DNA of 64,000 nt, from contig OZ024741.1 in the NCBI GenBank assembly GCA_964016885.1, positions 54,188,001 through 54,252,000 of the forward strand, written 5' to 3'. The position numbers and the translations under genes were made by a program. The notes below the pieces were generated by a model. It was given only the letters and a program-made list of their open reading frames with translations. It did not search any database and was not told where the DNA came from. Positions 28,090 through 42,622 of the stretch are shown one piece after another. How positions within the stretch are numbered: position 1 is the stretch's first letter; each line of letters starts with the position of its first letter. This DNA is from Eledone cirrhosa. Its lineage: Eukaryota.

Positions 28090-31060
28090 ATCTCCAGCCT
28101 GTACTGGTGCAAGAGGAAGTTTGTTGCTGCTGCCCTTAGGTTTCCCTCGTGCCTTGTTGTGGGCTCATCCGGGATTCTGGATAGCAAGGTGTCGAGATGT
28201 TTCTTGAAGACATCAACATCCACACCATGTAGATCTCTCAGATCCCTCGGCAGCTTGTTGAAGAGTTGAGGGCCCTTGAACCCCAGGCTATTGCAATATC
28301 TGCTCCTTATTCTAGATGTGGTAACGGGACCTTTGGCACCACACACTGACGTCCTGTTCGACGGTTGGTCCAGCTCCCAATGCCAAAGTTTGGTGCTAGT
28401 CCCTCCAGGATTTTCCACATGTAGATCACTGCGTATCTCTCCCGTCTTCGTTCCAAGGAGTATAGCTTCAGTTCTTTTAGCCTCTCCCAGTAGCTTATCT
28501 CCTTGATCGTGGCAATCTTCTTGGTGTAGCTTCTCTGGATTGCTTCAAGCTCTGTGGTTAGTTTGACACTATGGTGTGACCCCAACTGGGAGCAATAGTC
28601 CAGGCGGCTTAGGACAAATGTGTCAACATGGTGTCTCGGTCTCTTGTCCGGAAAGTCCTCAAGATCCAGCCAGCGAGTCGTCTGCACATTGTCGCCACTT
28701 TCATGATGCGCGAATAAAAAGATGCATCATCGCTCATGTCTATACCCTGGTCTCGTATCGATTTTGACACGGGGCTATCGGTCCCTCCTGGTCCTGCGTA
28801 ACTGTGTTGTTCTGTATTTGTGTTTGTAGGTTTGTATTGTAGGGCTTGGAATTTGTCAGCATTAAAATGCATGTTGTTGTCTTCCGCCCATTTATATATG
28901 GCATTCAGATCTTGTTGTAAAAGGGCAGCGTCAGCCGGGTTTTTGATTGCCTGTGCTACCTTAGTGTCATCAGCATAGCTAGTGAGGGATGTTGTTGTAT
29001 GTACTACAAAGGGCATGTCTTAGAGAGCCACCAAAAACAGTAGTGGTCCCAGGACTGTGCCTTGGGGCACCCCACTTGTTATTAATGTTTCCTTTGAGAG
29101 GGCCCCTTTAGCTGCGACTGTCTGGCTTCTGTCCAGTGCAGCCACTCACCTACAATCGTGCAGTCACTCACCTACTTTCCCAGTTATGCCGAGTCCGTGA
29201 AGTTAGTGACATATCATTCCGTGGTCGACCTTGTCAAAGGCCTTCGCAAAGTCAAGATATATCACGTCCACATGTGAGCTGTCTAGCAATTGTTTCAGTA
29301 CCCAGTCGTAGTGATGTAGTAGCTATGTAAGGCAGCTTCTTCCTGGGCAAAAGCCATGCTGCGTGCTAGTCAGGCGGTCATTTTCCTCGAAGAAAGTGAT
29401 CAGTTTCTTTCTGATGACTCACTCCATGACCTTACTGATATGTGACGTCATGGAGACTGGCTTATAATTTTTGGCCTCCGATCTGCTACCTCCTTTATGG
29501 ATAGGGAATATTGTGCCTTCTTTCAGCTCCCTGGGTAGTATACCGCTAGCCAAGGAGCTTCTGAAGAGCGTCTTCAGTGGAGTTGCTAAGGCCCGCTTAC
29601 ATGTTTTTAAGAGGACTGCAGGGAATCCATCAGGTCCAGCAGCTGTGTCTGTTCTAATTTCATCTGTGGTGTATACCACATCCTCCTCCGTTATGTCTAT
29701 GTGGTTCATGGTCGCCATTTCTTCATGTAGTGTTGTCGCATCAAAGAACTCCTCTGGCTGTGTTATTTGCATGTGCCTCAGTGGACACGTAAACACACTT
29801 TTGTACTGTTCGTTCAGTATTTCACTTATCTATTGGGGATTCTTGGTTAATTAACCGTCTGCATGGAAGAGTGGCCCAATCTTGGAGTGTACCGAGGCAG
29901 TTTCTTTTGCAAATTTAAAGAAGACCTTAGTGTTTGTTTTAATATTTTCTATGGCCCCTGCTTTCTTTCTTTGCCCTCTCATTTTCATGGGAAAGTTTGA
30001 GTGCAATCTCGGTGTCAAGTAGTGCACGTTTCAAATAGGATTCCTTCTTGTTTTTGTTTTCTTGTTGTGCATTCAACTGGCTTGAGAGGTTGGTTCTTCG
30101 TCTCATAAAGATTTTCCTATCTCTGGGAATAAGATTTTTGTGTCTGTTTGCCTTTTTCTCCGGTACAAACATTTTGCATATAGTGTGTATCCTTGTCATG
30201 AAGTGTTGAAATTGTGTGTTGGTGTCTTGTGTAGTGGTGTTTTCGCTCCATATTTGCTTCCGGATTTCTCTCTTGATCTTTTTCCAGTTAGCCTTGTAGA
30301 AGTTAAGGCTGGATAACGTCCTGGTCCTTCTTGATAGTTGTGTCTCTGTTGGTTCTCTCGGACCACATATCATTAGTTCTACTAAGTTATGATCCGAGAA
30401 AATTGTTGGTGTCACCTTTACATTGTAGATGAGCACTTCGTTGTTTGTAAAACAGAGGTCCAGTACATTTTCGCCTCTTGTTGGGAGGAGTACTGTTTGT
30501 TCCATGAACAGCATGTGTGTGAAGGCTAGCAGGGACTCAGTCTGTCTCTGTTCTATTGACGTCATTCCAGGGAGGGGGTTGGCCCTCAGGCCATTTGACT
30601 TTTGGCAGGTTGAAGTCTCCCAGCAGTAGAATGTTGAGACCCTGGTCTAGTTTGTCAAGGACCTCTTCTATCCCACTGATGCTATCCTCGAATTTTCCCT
30701 CATGACTGGGGGAATCGGGCGGCCGATATGTGACACATATTACTGTTTTTAGTTGCTTCATATGTACTATCAGTGTGTCACAGACTGAGTTTGAATGTGT
30801 CAACAGTACAATTGGTGTAACATCTCCACGGATATACAGAGCAACCCCACCATGAGTTCTCTCCTTCCTGTCCGAACGAAATACAGTATATTTCGGTATA
30901 TGTATTTCTGCATCTGCTATACTGCTTGTCAAATGCGTTTCGATTAGTGCCATGCATAATGCTTGATTGCTTATGGCTAAGTCTCCCAGGTAGGAAGTTT
31001 TACTCATGTCAGTGAGTTTCACCAGGCCTCTGACATTCAGCAGCAGCACTAGTGTGACTT
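28090..31060 (-). pseudogene. LINE ORF2 (APE endonuclease plus reverse transcriptase) broken by frameshifts and stops
   Basis: LLNVRGL, LIETHL, RSDRKERTHGGVALYI, YRPP, LLGDFNLP, LDLCFTN, SDHNLV, AAGPDG, NYKPVSMTS, YLDFAKAFDKVDH, GVPQGTVLGP, YADDTK, LYSLERRRER. Confidence 0.9.
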
Positions 31061-31289
31061 TTGGGGTGCCAGCAATGGCTGTCGGTATGACACCTGGCCT
31101 GGTGTCAGCGGCGGCCACTCTGTGTCCCTTAATTGTGGTGGTCTCGAGCGCTGGTGTGGGTGACCCTGGCCCTAAGAACGATGCAGCCAGGTCAGCTGTC
31201 CCACAATCTTCTCTGCCATCACTAAAAAATGTTCTGCTCTGCTGCTGCCATCTGTATTTCATAAGCATGTGCGTGCCTTCTCCTTGTTG

Positions 31290-31951
31290 GAGCGGCACGC
31301 GCGACATCAGTATACTTCTGCAGCAGCTTGTTTTGGCTTTGGCTGGAGCATGTTGTGCGAGTAGGATGGGCATAGTTCGCTTGGGCCTAGGATGAGCGAA
31401 TCTGCAGTCTATCTCTGTCTCTCCATGCCAGCAGGTCCTGTTCTTGAAGAACTTGCACATACCTGGGTTTTATTGATCCCAGTGTCTCGGTGCTTTCTGT
31501 TCTTCCTTTGGACAGTTGTCCACTGGTCCCTCTCTGCTTGGTTCTTCTTCGGAAGGTGATTTCGCTTCTCACCTTTACCGTTTGCTTGTTGGTTGCCCGG
31601 CCTGCCCTCCCTGACTGTGGCGGCAGGTAACTCATTTTCTTTCAGGTCTGTGCTTGTACTTTCTTCCTTTTCTTTTTCTTCTCCTTTCTCTTCGTTTTTC
31701 TCCTCCCTGAGGACACGGCTTAGCATTGCCATATGTGGCGCTCTGAGGACATAGGCCTTCTCGATTTCTTTTCTTTTTCTTTCTATCTGCGCCAGAGTCC
31801 TCAGAAATCCATGGTTCTTCAGGGTCTCCGCAATCTTTTTGCTTGGTGGTGACCCATCAGCCAGGCCACACCTATTGATCAAAACCGCTAGTTCCATCTT
31901 TGACCAGTTTCGCTGACTCTTAATTTCACCTTTTCCCTGTATGCAGTACAT
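31290..31951 (-). pseudogene. LINE ORF1 remnant with a CCCH-type zinc finger
   Basis: Charged helical ORF 31409-31951, then after a frameshift CKFFKNRTCWHGETEIDCRFAHP. Confidence 0.6.
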
Positions 31952-33821
31952 TTCGCTGTGGAGAGGAGAAAGAGAGATAGCGGGAAGGGAAGGGTAGGGG
32001 AAAGGTTAGAGAGTGACAGAGACAGATATTTATAAGTCCAGTGAGAAATTTAAGGAGCGATTTAGAGGGAAAGAGAGAGAGAGAGAGAGAGCTTGTGCGA
32101 TCTAGAGAGAGAGAAAAAAAAGAAAAAAGAAAGGGGAGAGAGACAGAAGAGAGGAGCGAGAAAGATAGCGGGAAGAGTGGGGGAAAGGTTAGAGAGAGAG
32201 AGAGAGAGAGAGAGGGAGATAGATAAATCCGGTGAGAAATTCAAGGTGCGATTTAGAGAGAGAGAGAGAGAGAGCTCGTGTGATCTAGAGAGAGAAATAA
32301 AGAGAAAGAAAAAAAGGAGAGAGGTAGGAGAGAGACAGAAACAGCGTGAGAAATAGCAATCCAGAGAGAGAGATGGAGAGAGAGAGAGAAAGAAAGAAGG
32401 AGAGCGACAGTGACAGCGTGAAAAATACCAATGCAGAGAGACAGAGAGGAAAAATAGCAACGTGGAGCGGTCAAAGACAACTATAAATATTAATAATTAA
32501 TATCGTTCAAAGAATATTTCGCGATTAAAACACCAAAACTAAGTGAAAAACAAATGATATCAACATGAAGTATAAAAGGGGACAGAATAAATTAAAATAA
32601 AATAAAATAAGATAAATTTAAAATAAATTAAATTAATGAAACCCAAATAAGTTAAAGATATAGAATCGCGAAGATTTATATAAGTTTATTTTAAATGTAG
32701 TCATCGGTTTGTTTACAAATATAAATAACGGGAACCGTATATAGTGAACCTTAGTTATTGTAATATCAATATATCAAAAACAACAACAAATATACATGCT
32801 CACCGAGTCAAAAATAAAAATAAAATTATATTAAATTATGTTACTCAAAATAAAATAAAACCAAAAAATACAAAATTAAATTAAATTAAATTACATTACT
32901 TGACTAGCTTTCTATATTCTGTATGGCAGACAAAGAAAAAAAGCACGTGTGTGTGTTGTTTTTAGGAGAATATTACACAGTGAAAATAAACCCATTTAAA
33001 ACGCTAACATACGCAAAATAATCGCGTCAGAGTACAGATACTTATCTCGTTCATAGGTTTAAAAAAATAAAAATAAATAAAAATAAAAATTAAAAAGAAA
33101 GTTATCTCTTTCACAGGTTTTTCTTATTTTCTGAAAAATTACAACAATACAAACTCCGATTTCTGTCGATTTAAAATTTCAAATCTCAACGATCAGGAAA
33201 GCACATCCTATCAACAAGCTGCCAGCCTACATGTTTGTATGTTTGTGTTTGTGTTTGTGTGTGTGTGTGTGTATTTGTTTGTGTGTGTTTGTGTGCGTGT
33301 GTGTGTGTGTGTGCGTGTGTGTGTTTGTATGTGTGTGTTTGTGTGTGTATGTGTGTGTTTGTGTGTGTGTTTGCGCGTGTGTGTGTGTGTTTCAGTGATA
33401 TTTTACAATATATTTTTTTCTTTGTATGAGTCCGAACGATGTTAGCCCACGTCAGAATTTAATGTTTGAAGCCAATCTGTTTAAATGAGAAGAAAATATA
33501 CTTAAGCATAATCATGAAACATGAGAAATAAATGCAAGAATGACATCTTTGCCCAGGCCCTGATTATTACATATTGGCATTTTAAAAAATGCACCTGTAA
33601 GACTAAGAACACAACTGACAAGGAAATTGCTCTTATCAGTAAATTTAATTTCCCAAATTTGTAAGCACACACAATGGCAACAGATGTAAGCATGATCCAA
33701 TAACGCGAAACATCGTAAGAATCAAACACCCCGAAAACGAGTGAGCATGAAACAGCAGGCTACGCTTGAGTAACATTTTCCAGAAACCAAAGCGTCCAGT
33801 TGTATCGCCATTAATCTGTCT

Positions 33822-33998
33822 AGGCGTGGTAGAGGTTCGGACGCCATGCTTTGCAGCGAAGAGTTACGGCCCTTTATGATCTGAATTCAAATCCCGCCGA
33901 GGTTAACTTTGCCTTTCATCCTTACGGGGTCGATAAAATAAAGTAGCAGTAATACACTGGGATAATTGCTGGCCTTGTGCCAAAAGCAGAAACAATTA
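33822..33998 (+). mobile_element. SINE family B copy
   Basis: High similarity to 22945-23136. Confidence 0.8.
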
Positions 33999-36099
33999 AT
34001 ATGTCTAGTCTGGTATATTTTTGAAGTATATCAATGAGGTTATTGTGTAGTTCCCATAGTTAATCTGCACATGCGTTCGACCGCAATAGGTTTGCAGCTA
34101 TTTCTTCAGGATGTCTCACTGTCTGTAATCCTGTTCTTTGTTCCCGATTGCCTTTTGAGTTAATGTTATTAGACCATCATTTCTGGGATGATTTTCACAT
34201 ATTTGATCATTTATGACATACTCGCCAGGCAACAGCTTTTCTTTTCTTGATATATTTTTCTGAAACGACTATCCCAGCTTCAAGGTATATACTAATTAAA
34301 ACTAAGTGTTGTTGTTATTGAATTCACTGATTTAAATGTTTACATGTACACATTCATGTCAACATGCTACACACATTTGCACTAAACAAAAGTTCACGTT
34401 TGATTTAACTGAGATTTTGTAAGATTTCTTTTCTTTCCTCTTAACCTTTAACTAACGTTTTGAAGTACGGACTAGCTGTCCATACACACGTAGTCTTGCA
34501 ACACATCTTATCACAGATAACGTGCTGATGCAGTTGTACACCATACGACTACAATTAAAATTCAAACAAGGCTTAGCTCTCCCGACACACTGGGACCTAC
34601 TCGGCTATCAAATCTACATAGGGAAAACGCCACGCTACGTATGTTTTCAGCCAGCAAATATCTCCAACTCACATATTGAACAAATATACTCTAGCAGCAT
34701 AAGTTCTCTCTTTCTCTGCCTCAACTTGTTTCGATTTCTTATTTGCCCAGAGACGTAATGTAACGGAATCATCCCTGGGTGAAATTTGCTATGTTTACGA
34801 AAATGCCGAGTGTCAACAACGCAGAGGAAAATAGCCTTGCCATCCTCGTCAAAAATTAGTTACGATGACACCTAGATGTCTATTAAGCCCAATGTTCTCA
34901 GCTTCGCTCTCCTATCTGAGACTTCCGACAATCGACGTTGGCGGTAGCAGGGTGGTTATCACGACCGAATGCTGCAGTCAGGCCATTGCCACGAAACGCG
35001 ACTGCCACGTGATGACATTGAAATGTGGGGTTAGTAAATCTGCATCTCCAAATTTACACATTCACTCTCTCTTCACAAGGTGATGGTCATTTAGGACTGC
35101 TACAATTGACTGGCCGAAAAAATACAGAGAGAAGCTTATTTTTTAATCTCTCTGCACACGCGTGTCTATCTCTCAGTTACCACTTCATCTAAACACTTCT
35201 CAAGAAATTACTTTCTTTGTGTTTATAAATACTCTTATCTATTAACTCTATATTTTAATTAAGTGTTGACGAAGACACACTCTTTGTTATTTCGTACTTT
35301 TACCTATTCCTGTTGTGTTATTGTTTGCCACATGGTCTCATTGCGTTCCAGGGCAAAAATAAGTAATTAGTACTTCTCTTATTGCTGGTGCTTATCGCTT
35401 TCCCTCACTTCTATCAGACTTACGACACACAACAACCAACATCTCTGCTAAAAAAAACATATTGTATATGTTTTCATATAAGCCTCTGTTATAAATCACT
35501 ATATATCATTGATAAAGCTAATTACTTACAGACCACCAACATGCACAAAAGGCATATGCGCATCTCTTTAGATGTAGCATACGTAAAATTTAAATAATCT
35601 ATAGTGTATTCTGTCCACCGTGGGGAGGCCATCAATATGATTACTTAACCCTTCCATTACCATATTTCTAACATAGGATGATATCCAAGATATATGATGA
35701 GAAAATATACAGTATTGTATAGTTACTATATGTTTATTACTGCCTCACTACAGAGTGTGTAAATGTAACTGGAGATGTTTAAAATCCTAAAACAAGATTT
35801 TGAGACTGGTGTTTCAAGCAGGTAAGGCAACCACAATGAGATTTCTCGCTGGCTTGCTATTGCTGATGATCTCATTATCAAAAGGGATGGTTGTTTATTA
35901 AAAAATGAAACATTTTTTAAAATATAGAAATAATAAAAAAGAAGGGAAATAAAAGGAAAGAAACAATAGGGAAATATCGAAAAAAAATATCGAAAAAAAA
36001 GAAGAGAGAAAGATAGAAGAAAAAGGTCAGGAAGGGGAGTGGCAAGAGCTCTGGTGTCGCACAAGGGAGGGGTGGAGGGGATGGTGATTGGGTTTGGGC

Positions 36100-36475
36100 C
36101 TAGGGCAAGAGAGCAGAAGTGCTGCGCCTCGCTGACAAGACCGCAAAAGCATTCCTCTGGACGAAGGCCAGTGACACCCGCTGCAACAGCCACCCAACCT
36201 TGCGGGGCTCCCTCCTCAGACGGCCGCCGACGTTCTGTTCTTGCGGATGAGCTCGGCAATATGGGTTCCAAGTACGCCTGAGGTTTCGACGGTGACCGGT
36301 ACGAAGGGGAAGCGGCCAGACAAACCCCGGTATTTTTTTTATTTTACGTTCTTCTGCGATGCCGTGGTTTATGGCCAACAAAGCGACTAAATTGGAGGTG
36401 GAGAACGTGTCGCAGAAGGTCGCGTTCCAGATGAGGGATCTATATCCTTCGAATGGGAAGAGGGTGATTATTATG
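36100..36475 (-). mobile_element. 3' fragment of a CRE-like non-LTR retrotransposon (restriction-like endonuclease domain)
   Basis: Across frameshifts: ITLFPF..RSLIWNATFCDTF, AEERKIKKY, FVPVTVETSGVLG, REPR...LLQRVSLAFVQRNA. Confidence 0.65.
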
Positions 36476-36554
36476 TTGTCGTTATCGTCGCCGGCTTTCA
36501 TGATGTCGTAGCTGATGTCACTGGAGCTGTTGCTTCTGTTCTTATTGTTGTCGT

Positions 36555-36559
36555 GGTCG

Positions 36560-36637
<78 letters not shown>

Positions 36638-36805
36638 TTGTTGTTGTTGTTGTTGTTGTTCTTCTTCTTCTTCTTCTTCTTCTTCTTCTTCTTCTTCTTC
36701 TTCTTCTTCTTGTCTTCGTTCTTGTTATTGTTGCTGGAGTTGCTTTGTTTTTCCCGATGTTGTCGTCATCACTGGTGCTTCTGCTGCTGCTGCTGCTTCT
36801 GTTGT
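36555..36805. repeat. Compound (GTT)n(GCT)n(CTT)n microsatellite
   Basis: Direct observation. Confidence 0.95.
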
Positions 36806-36999
36806 TTTTTTGTTGATATTGTTAAGAAACAAGTAGCATCTGTTGTTGTATTACATCCTCTTCAACATTTGCCAGTTAACAAAGGCGATTGTTTTCTGTC
36901 CGCCATTTATCAACGCACTCAAACAGACAAAACGATCACCGAGCAATTAATATTGTTCTTTAAAATAATGTAGAAAAGGCTTGACTGTTTTATTGTCAA

Positions 37000-39477
37000 C
37001 AGCTGAAACAATAACAACAGTAACAACACAAATAGCAACAACAATAACAACTAAGACAACAACAACAATACCAACGAATCGGCACAATTTTGCCGTCGAC
37101 GTCAACATAGGCAACACCACCATCATCGTTAACGCCATCATCCTCATCATCATCATCATCATCATCATCATCAACTGTATCATCTTCATAGTCATTATCA
37201 TCATTAATGCCATCATCATCATGACCATCATTTTCATCAGAATTCTCTTGAAACACATCATCATCATCAACAACAACAACATCATCATGATCATCATTAA
37301 CGCCATTATCATCATCATAATCATCATCGTCATCATCATCAACTGTATCATCTTCATTGTCATTAGCATCATTAATGTCATTGTCATCCTCATCACCATG
37401 GACAGCGTCATCATCGTCACCACCAACAACACCAACACCATCACCACCACCACCATAATTAGCACCACCACTAACATCACCACCACCACCACCACCACCA
37501 TCATTAGCACCACCACCATCATTAGCACCACCACAACCACCATCATTAGAACCACCACCACCACCACCACCACCACCATCACCACCACCACCACAACCAC
37601 CACAACCATCATTAGGACCACCACCACCACCACCATCATTAGCACCACCACCATCATTAGCACCACCACAACCACCATCACCACCACCACCACCACCACC
37701 ACCACCACCACCACCACCACCACCACCACCACCACCACCACAACCACCACAACCATCATTAGGACCACCACCACCACCACCATCATTAGCACCACCACCA
37801 CCAAGACCATCACCACCACCACCACCACCACCACCACCACCACCACCATCACCACCACCACCATCATTAGCACCACCACCACCAAGACCATCACCACCAC
37901 CACCACCACCACCACCACCACCACCACAACCATCATTAGCACCACCACCACCAAGACCATCACCACCACCACCACCACCGCCACCATCATTAGCACCACC
38001 ACCACCAAGACCATCACCACCACCACCACCACCACCACCACCACAACCATCATTAGCACCACCACCAAGACCATCACCACCACCACCACCACCACCACCA
38101 CCATCATTAGCACCACCACCACCAAGACCATCACCACCACCACCACCACCACCAGCACCACCACCACAACCACCACCACCACCACCACCATCACCACCAC
38201 CACCACCACCACCAGCACCACCACCACAACCACCACCACCACCACCACCACCACCACCACCACCATCACCACCACCATCATTAGCACCACCACCACCACC
38301 ACCACAACCATCATTAGGACCACCACCACCACCATCATTAGCACCACCACCACCACCACCACCACCACCACCACCACCACCACCACCACAACCATCATTA
38401 GGACCAACACCACCACCATCATTAGCGCCACCCCACCAAGACCATCACCACCACCACCACCATCATTAGCACCACCACCACCAAGACCATCACCACCACC
38501 ACCACCACCACCACCACCACCACCACCACCACCACCACCACCATCATTAGCACCACCACCACCAAGACCATCACCACCACCACCACCACCACCACCATCA
38601 CCACCACCACCACCACCATCATTAGCACCACCACCACCAAGACCACCACCACCACCACCACCATCATTAGCACCACCACCACCAAGTCCATCACCACCAC
38701 CACCACCACCACCACCACCACCACCACCACAACCATCATTAGGACCACCACCACCATCATTAGCACCACCACCACCAAGACCATCACCACCACCACCACC
38801 ATCATTAGCACCACCACCACCAAGACCATCACCACCACCACCACTATCATTAGCACCACCACCACCAAGACCACCACCACCACCACCACCATCATTAGCA
38901 CCACCACCACCAAGTCCATCACCACCACCACCACCACCTCCACCACCACCACCACAACCATCATTAGGACCACCACCACCACCATCATTAGCACCACCAC
39001 CACCAAGACCACCACCACCACCACCACCACCATCATTAGCACCACCACCACCAAGACCACCACCACCACCACAACCATCATTAGGACCACCACCACCACC
39101 ATCATTAGCACCACCACCACCAAGACCACCACCACCACCACCACCATCATTAGCACCACCACCACCAAGACCACCACCACCACCACCACCATCATTAGCA
39201 CCACCACCACCAAGACCATCACCACCACCACCACCACCACCACCACCACCACCACAACCATCATTAGGACCACCACCACCACCATCATTAGCACCACCAC
39301 CACCACCACCACCAAGACCATCACCACCACCACCACCACCACCACCACCACCACCACCACCACCACCACCACCACCATCATTAGCACCACCACCACCAAG
39401 TCCATCACCACCACCACCATCACCACCACCACCACCACCACCTCCATCAGCACCACATCCACCATTAGCACTACCAC

Positions 39478-39533
<56 letters not shown>

Positions 39534-39825
39534 ATATGATCCACATAACTAATATTAACATCCTTATTAATGCAATTTTCTAACACGGCTTCATTATTGA
39601 TGACGCAACCACCAGCATCATCATCGTCATCATCATCAACTTTATCTTCACTCTTTTCACCATCCTCATCCCCCACCTAGTCCTTCTTTTCATCATCATC
39701 ATCTTAATCATCATCATCGTCATCATCATCATCATACTCGCCCTTATCACCATCCCCTTCCTCCACCTCCACCTTCTTTTCATCATCATCATCTTAGTTA
39801 TCATCATCATCATTATCATCATATC
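37000..39825. repeat. ~2.8-kb triplet-derived minisatellite: (ACC)n core with CCATCATTAGCA/CCAAGACCA/CCATCATTAGGA modules and (ATC)n flanks
   Basis: Modular triplet repeats producing long low-complexity ORFs on both strands. Confidence 0.9.
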
Positions 39826-42531
39826 TATCGGCAGTTGTGTATTTCAGCAGGTGCAGCTTACATGTTATTTCTCTATGGTTCATACATGTAGATATCCATA
39901 CGACTGTAGAGCAGGATGTAAGGGAAATCTAATTACCTGTTTCCTTCTTTGACAACATATACGTAAATAAAACCGTTCACTGCCAAAATATGAACGTAAA
40001 TATATCTACGAGAAACCTAAAGTAATTCACGAAATACGACCGTCGATTATCCTAACCAGTAAATGAAACACTTGGAAAATCAAAAATAACTCAAGCCAGC
40101 TATAAACTAAATGATAAACTTTAAAAAATTAACAGAGGATAAGACGACGAACGGAAACAAGGCAAAACGAAAAAAATGTTAAAGGGAAACCTTAAAAAAT
40201 TATTATTTTTTAAAAATAAACATACAAACGAAGGACACTGAACTCCATGGTCATCGGCCGTTGAGGTGGACTTTGGCAGTTTCGACCCCTACCAAAAGTG
40301 TTGCTGGTCCACCCGGGGTTAAATCGTCTGTTATAAGCCAAATGCTGTCCAGTGGAGTAAGAGACGAGAGATAAAACATTCATTTATAGCAATTAATTTA
40401 CAAGTACACATAGAATTTTATGTGACGTCAGGGAAAATGTGTGGTTTCTTATAGAACGAAAGTCATGAATGAAACAAAAGAAAATGGAAGAAAAAAGAAG
40501 GAACATATCGTGTTAAAAAAATGTAAGCCCTGCACCTTATGTCCCGAAAACCAACCACCGACCTGCACCATCTACTGCTATGGGGTAGACAGAAGCTATC
40601 AAACAGCAGCTGTCCTATGATGTAGTTTCTGTATAATAGAATCTATTATTACGTGTGACTTGAAGGAGATTTTGATGCTTCTTAGGGCAATTACACCAGT
40701 ACATTACTGGTACTTTATTTTATCGAGGGCCATGACTCGATGCTGCAAAGCATGGTGTCTGACGCTCTACCGATACTGCCAATCCATTCTTAATTTCATT
40801 GTTTTCCCATTTGACGTTGTTATGAATTTCCATCTGTATTTTTCTACTAGAACTAGTTTTGAACTAGAATATTGCTCTTTCGTGGCACACCTAATTACTA
40901 GTACACAGAGGTGCACAGTTTGTGGCGCACCAATGTAAAGATTCGCTGTTTGATTTCGATATTCATACATACACATAAAAAGACGTAGGGTGTGGTTTGA
41001 TGGAGAGTTGGCTGCTATTTCTGTCAGGTGTGTTTATTTACCTTGCAGAGGCCTTGAAGTCATTCTGTCTTATCTTAAATAGGTGTGTGTGTGGGGGGGG
41101 GGGGGTATTTTTTTATATTTTAAATAAAATATTTCTTTTCATTAATTATATATACGTATGTATCCATGTCTGTATCCGTTTTTATGTCTCGTAACATAGC
41201 AATCGATGAAATAAATACCAGACTTGGAAACATTAGGACTGGATCGATATAATTAAATTGATTTGGAGCCATAGCATAATGACTGAAACCGGTAAAAATG
41301 TAAATGAATAATGTTTAGTTACTTTTTTTTTCTTTTTTTTTAATATGAACTTTCAGTCTGGAAGTATTTGTTTGACACAATCAAGATTTCGTTGAAATAT
41401 ACTAATATTAAAATATAAAATTATTAACTAATTTGAAATATACTTACTATAGACGAAGGTATTGTTGTGTGATAAAAGATTTCCTTTAGCATTTTTTATT
41501 TTGTATACACAGAATTATATCACAATGATTTTTTGTATATATTTAGATCCCAGGAATACAATACACTATTTCTATAGACAACATTGTTTTTCATATATTG
41601 TTCCGTTTTCAGCGATGCATTGCAACGATTTCTGTATAATTTTGGATATAAAGCAATACATCACATTATTTTTCTGTATATGTTTATATATACAATATAT
41701 TTTGTATATATTTGCATATCCAGCCATACACTTACCTAGTGTGTCCGTATTTTTTGTAAGCCATTGAAATGTGATCTGAGTTAATTCCTACTGTTATTTC
41801 CTGCAGTTCGAGTGCCCCTTAACGGTTCTTTCGTAAGATAGTTGAAACTGAATTCGTTTTGCTAGAAGAGACTAAATACTGTCATTAGATAAACACGTTT
41901 GACGGACTCAAACACTTACTAACACAAATGGTTATTTTATAGCATGCGATTCTGCTTGCTTAGGCCGATTGGATGACAGCAGATCTCACTTTTATTTCCA
42001 AAATAGAACATTTAACAGCAAGAGGGGCATCGCGGATTGCATTGCTTCATCAACTTGCAAATGAATACATTAGCTATAAGTCCAACTGATGTTAGAATGG
42101 AGAAAATGGATGTATAACAATAAACACCTCAGAAAAGATATGTATGCAGACAACAAGAAACTATACATACACGCGTGTAAGTATAAACACCAATTAGGTG
42201 CAGTTGGTTTCAAAATTAGTTTGGCTGCGAAAAAAATCTTGTTGTATGGACGTTAGATCCAAGTTACTGTACTTTAAATATTTGATGCCTATATATTGAT
42301 TTTTATCTTCTTTCACTTTCTCACACACACTCGCACACATACACACACACACTCGCACGTATACACACACACACAGACACTCGCACATTCACACACACAC
42401 ACACATACATGCAACTATATATATATATATGTGTATTTATATATATATATATATATATATACATTATGAAGAGAGAAGAAACATTTAGATATAATTGGTA
42501 ATAAAATGTATCATACCTAAACTGCTCCTAA

Positions 42532-42622
42532 ATTCCTCGACTACGTAGTTTCGTGGCATAAACAAAAACAATATATCAAAGATATAGAGTCCTTGCGAGG
42601 TCTGCCAACTTATCAAGAGGAT
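42532..42622 (-). ncRNA. Type I hammerhead, U3-A8 core variant
   Basis: Reverse complement of the motif at 43219. Confidence 0.7.

Larger units (their letters stand above)
28002..32480 (-). mobile_element. Near full-length, frameshifted CR1-clade LINE
   Basis: ORF1, APE endonuclease and RT in order; 3' tail (TAAAAGAG)n at 28002-28032; CT-rich 5' region; 5' boundary approximate. Confidence 0.9.

Noticed and set aside
41940-42090. Protein-like stretch after a ttttatag acceptor
   Set aside because: In-frame stops and no recognisable homology.
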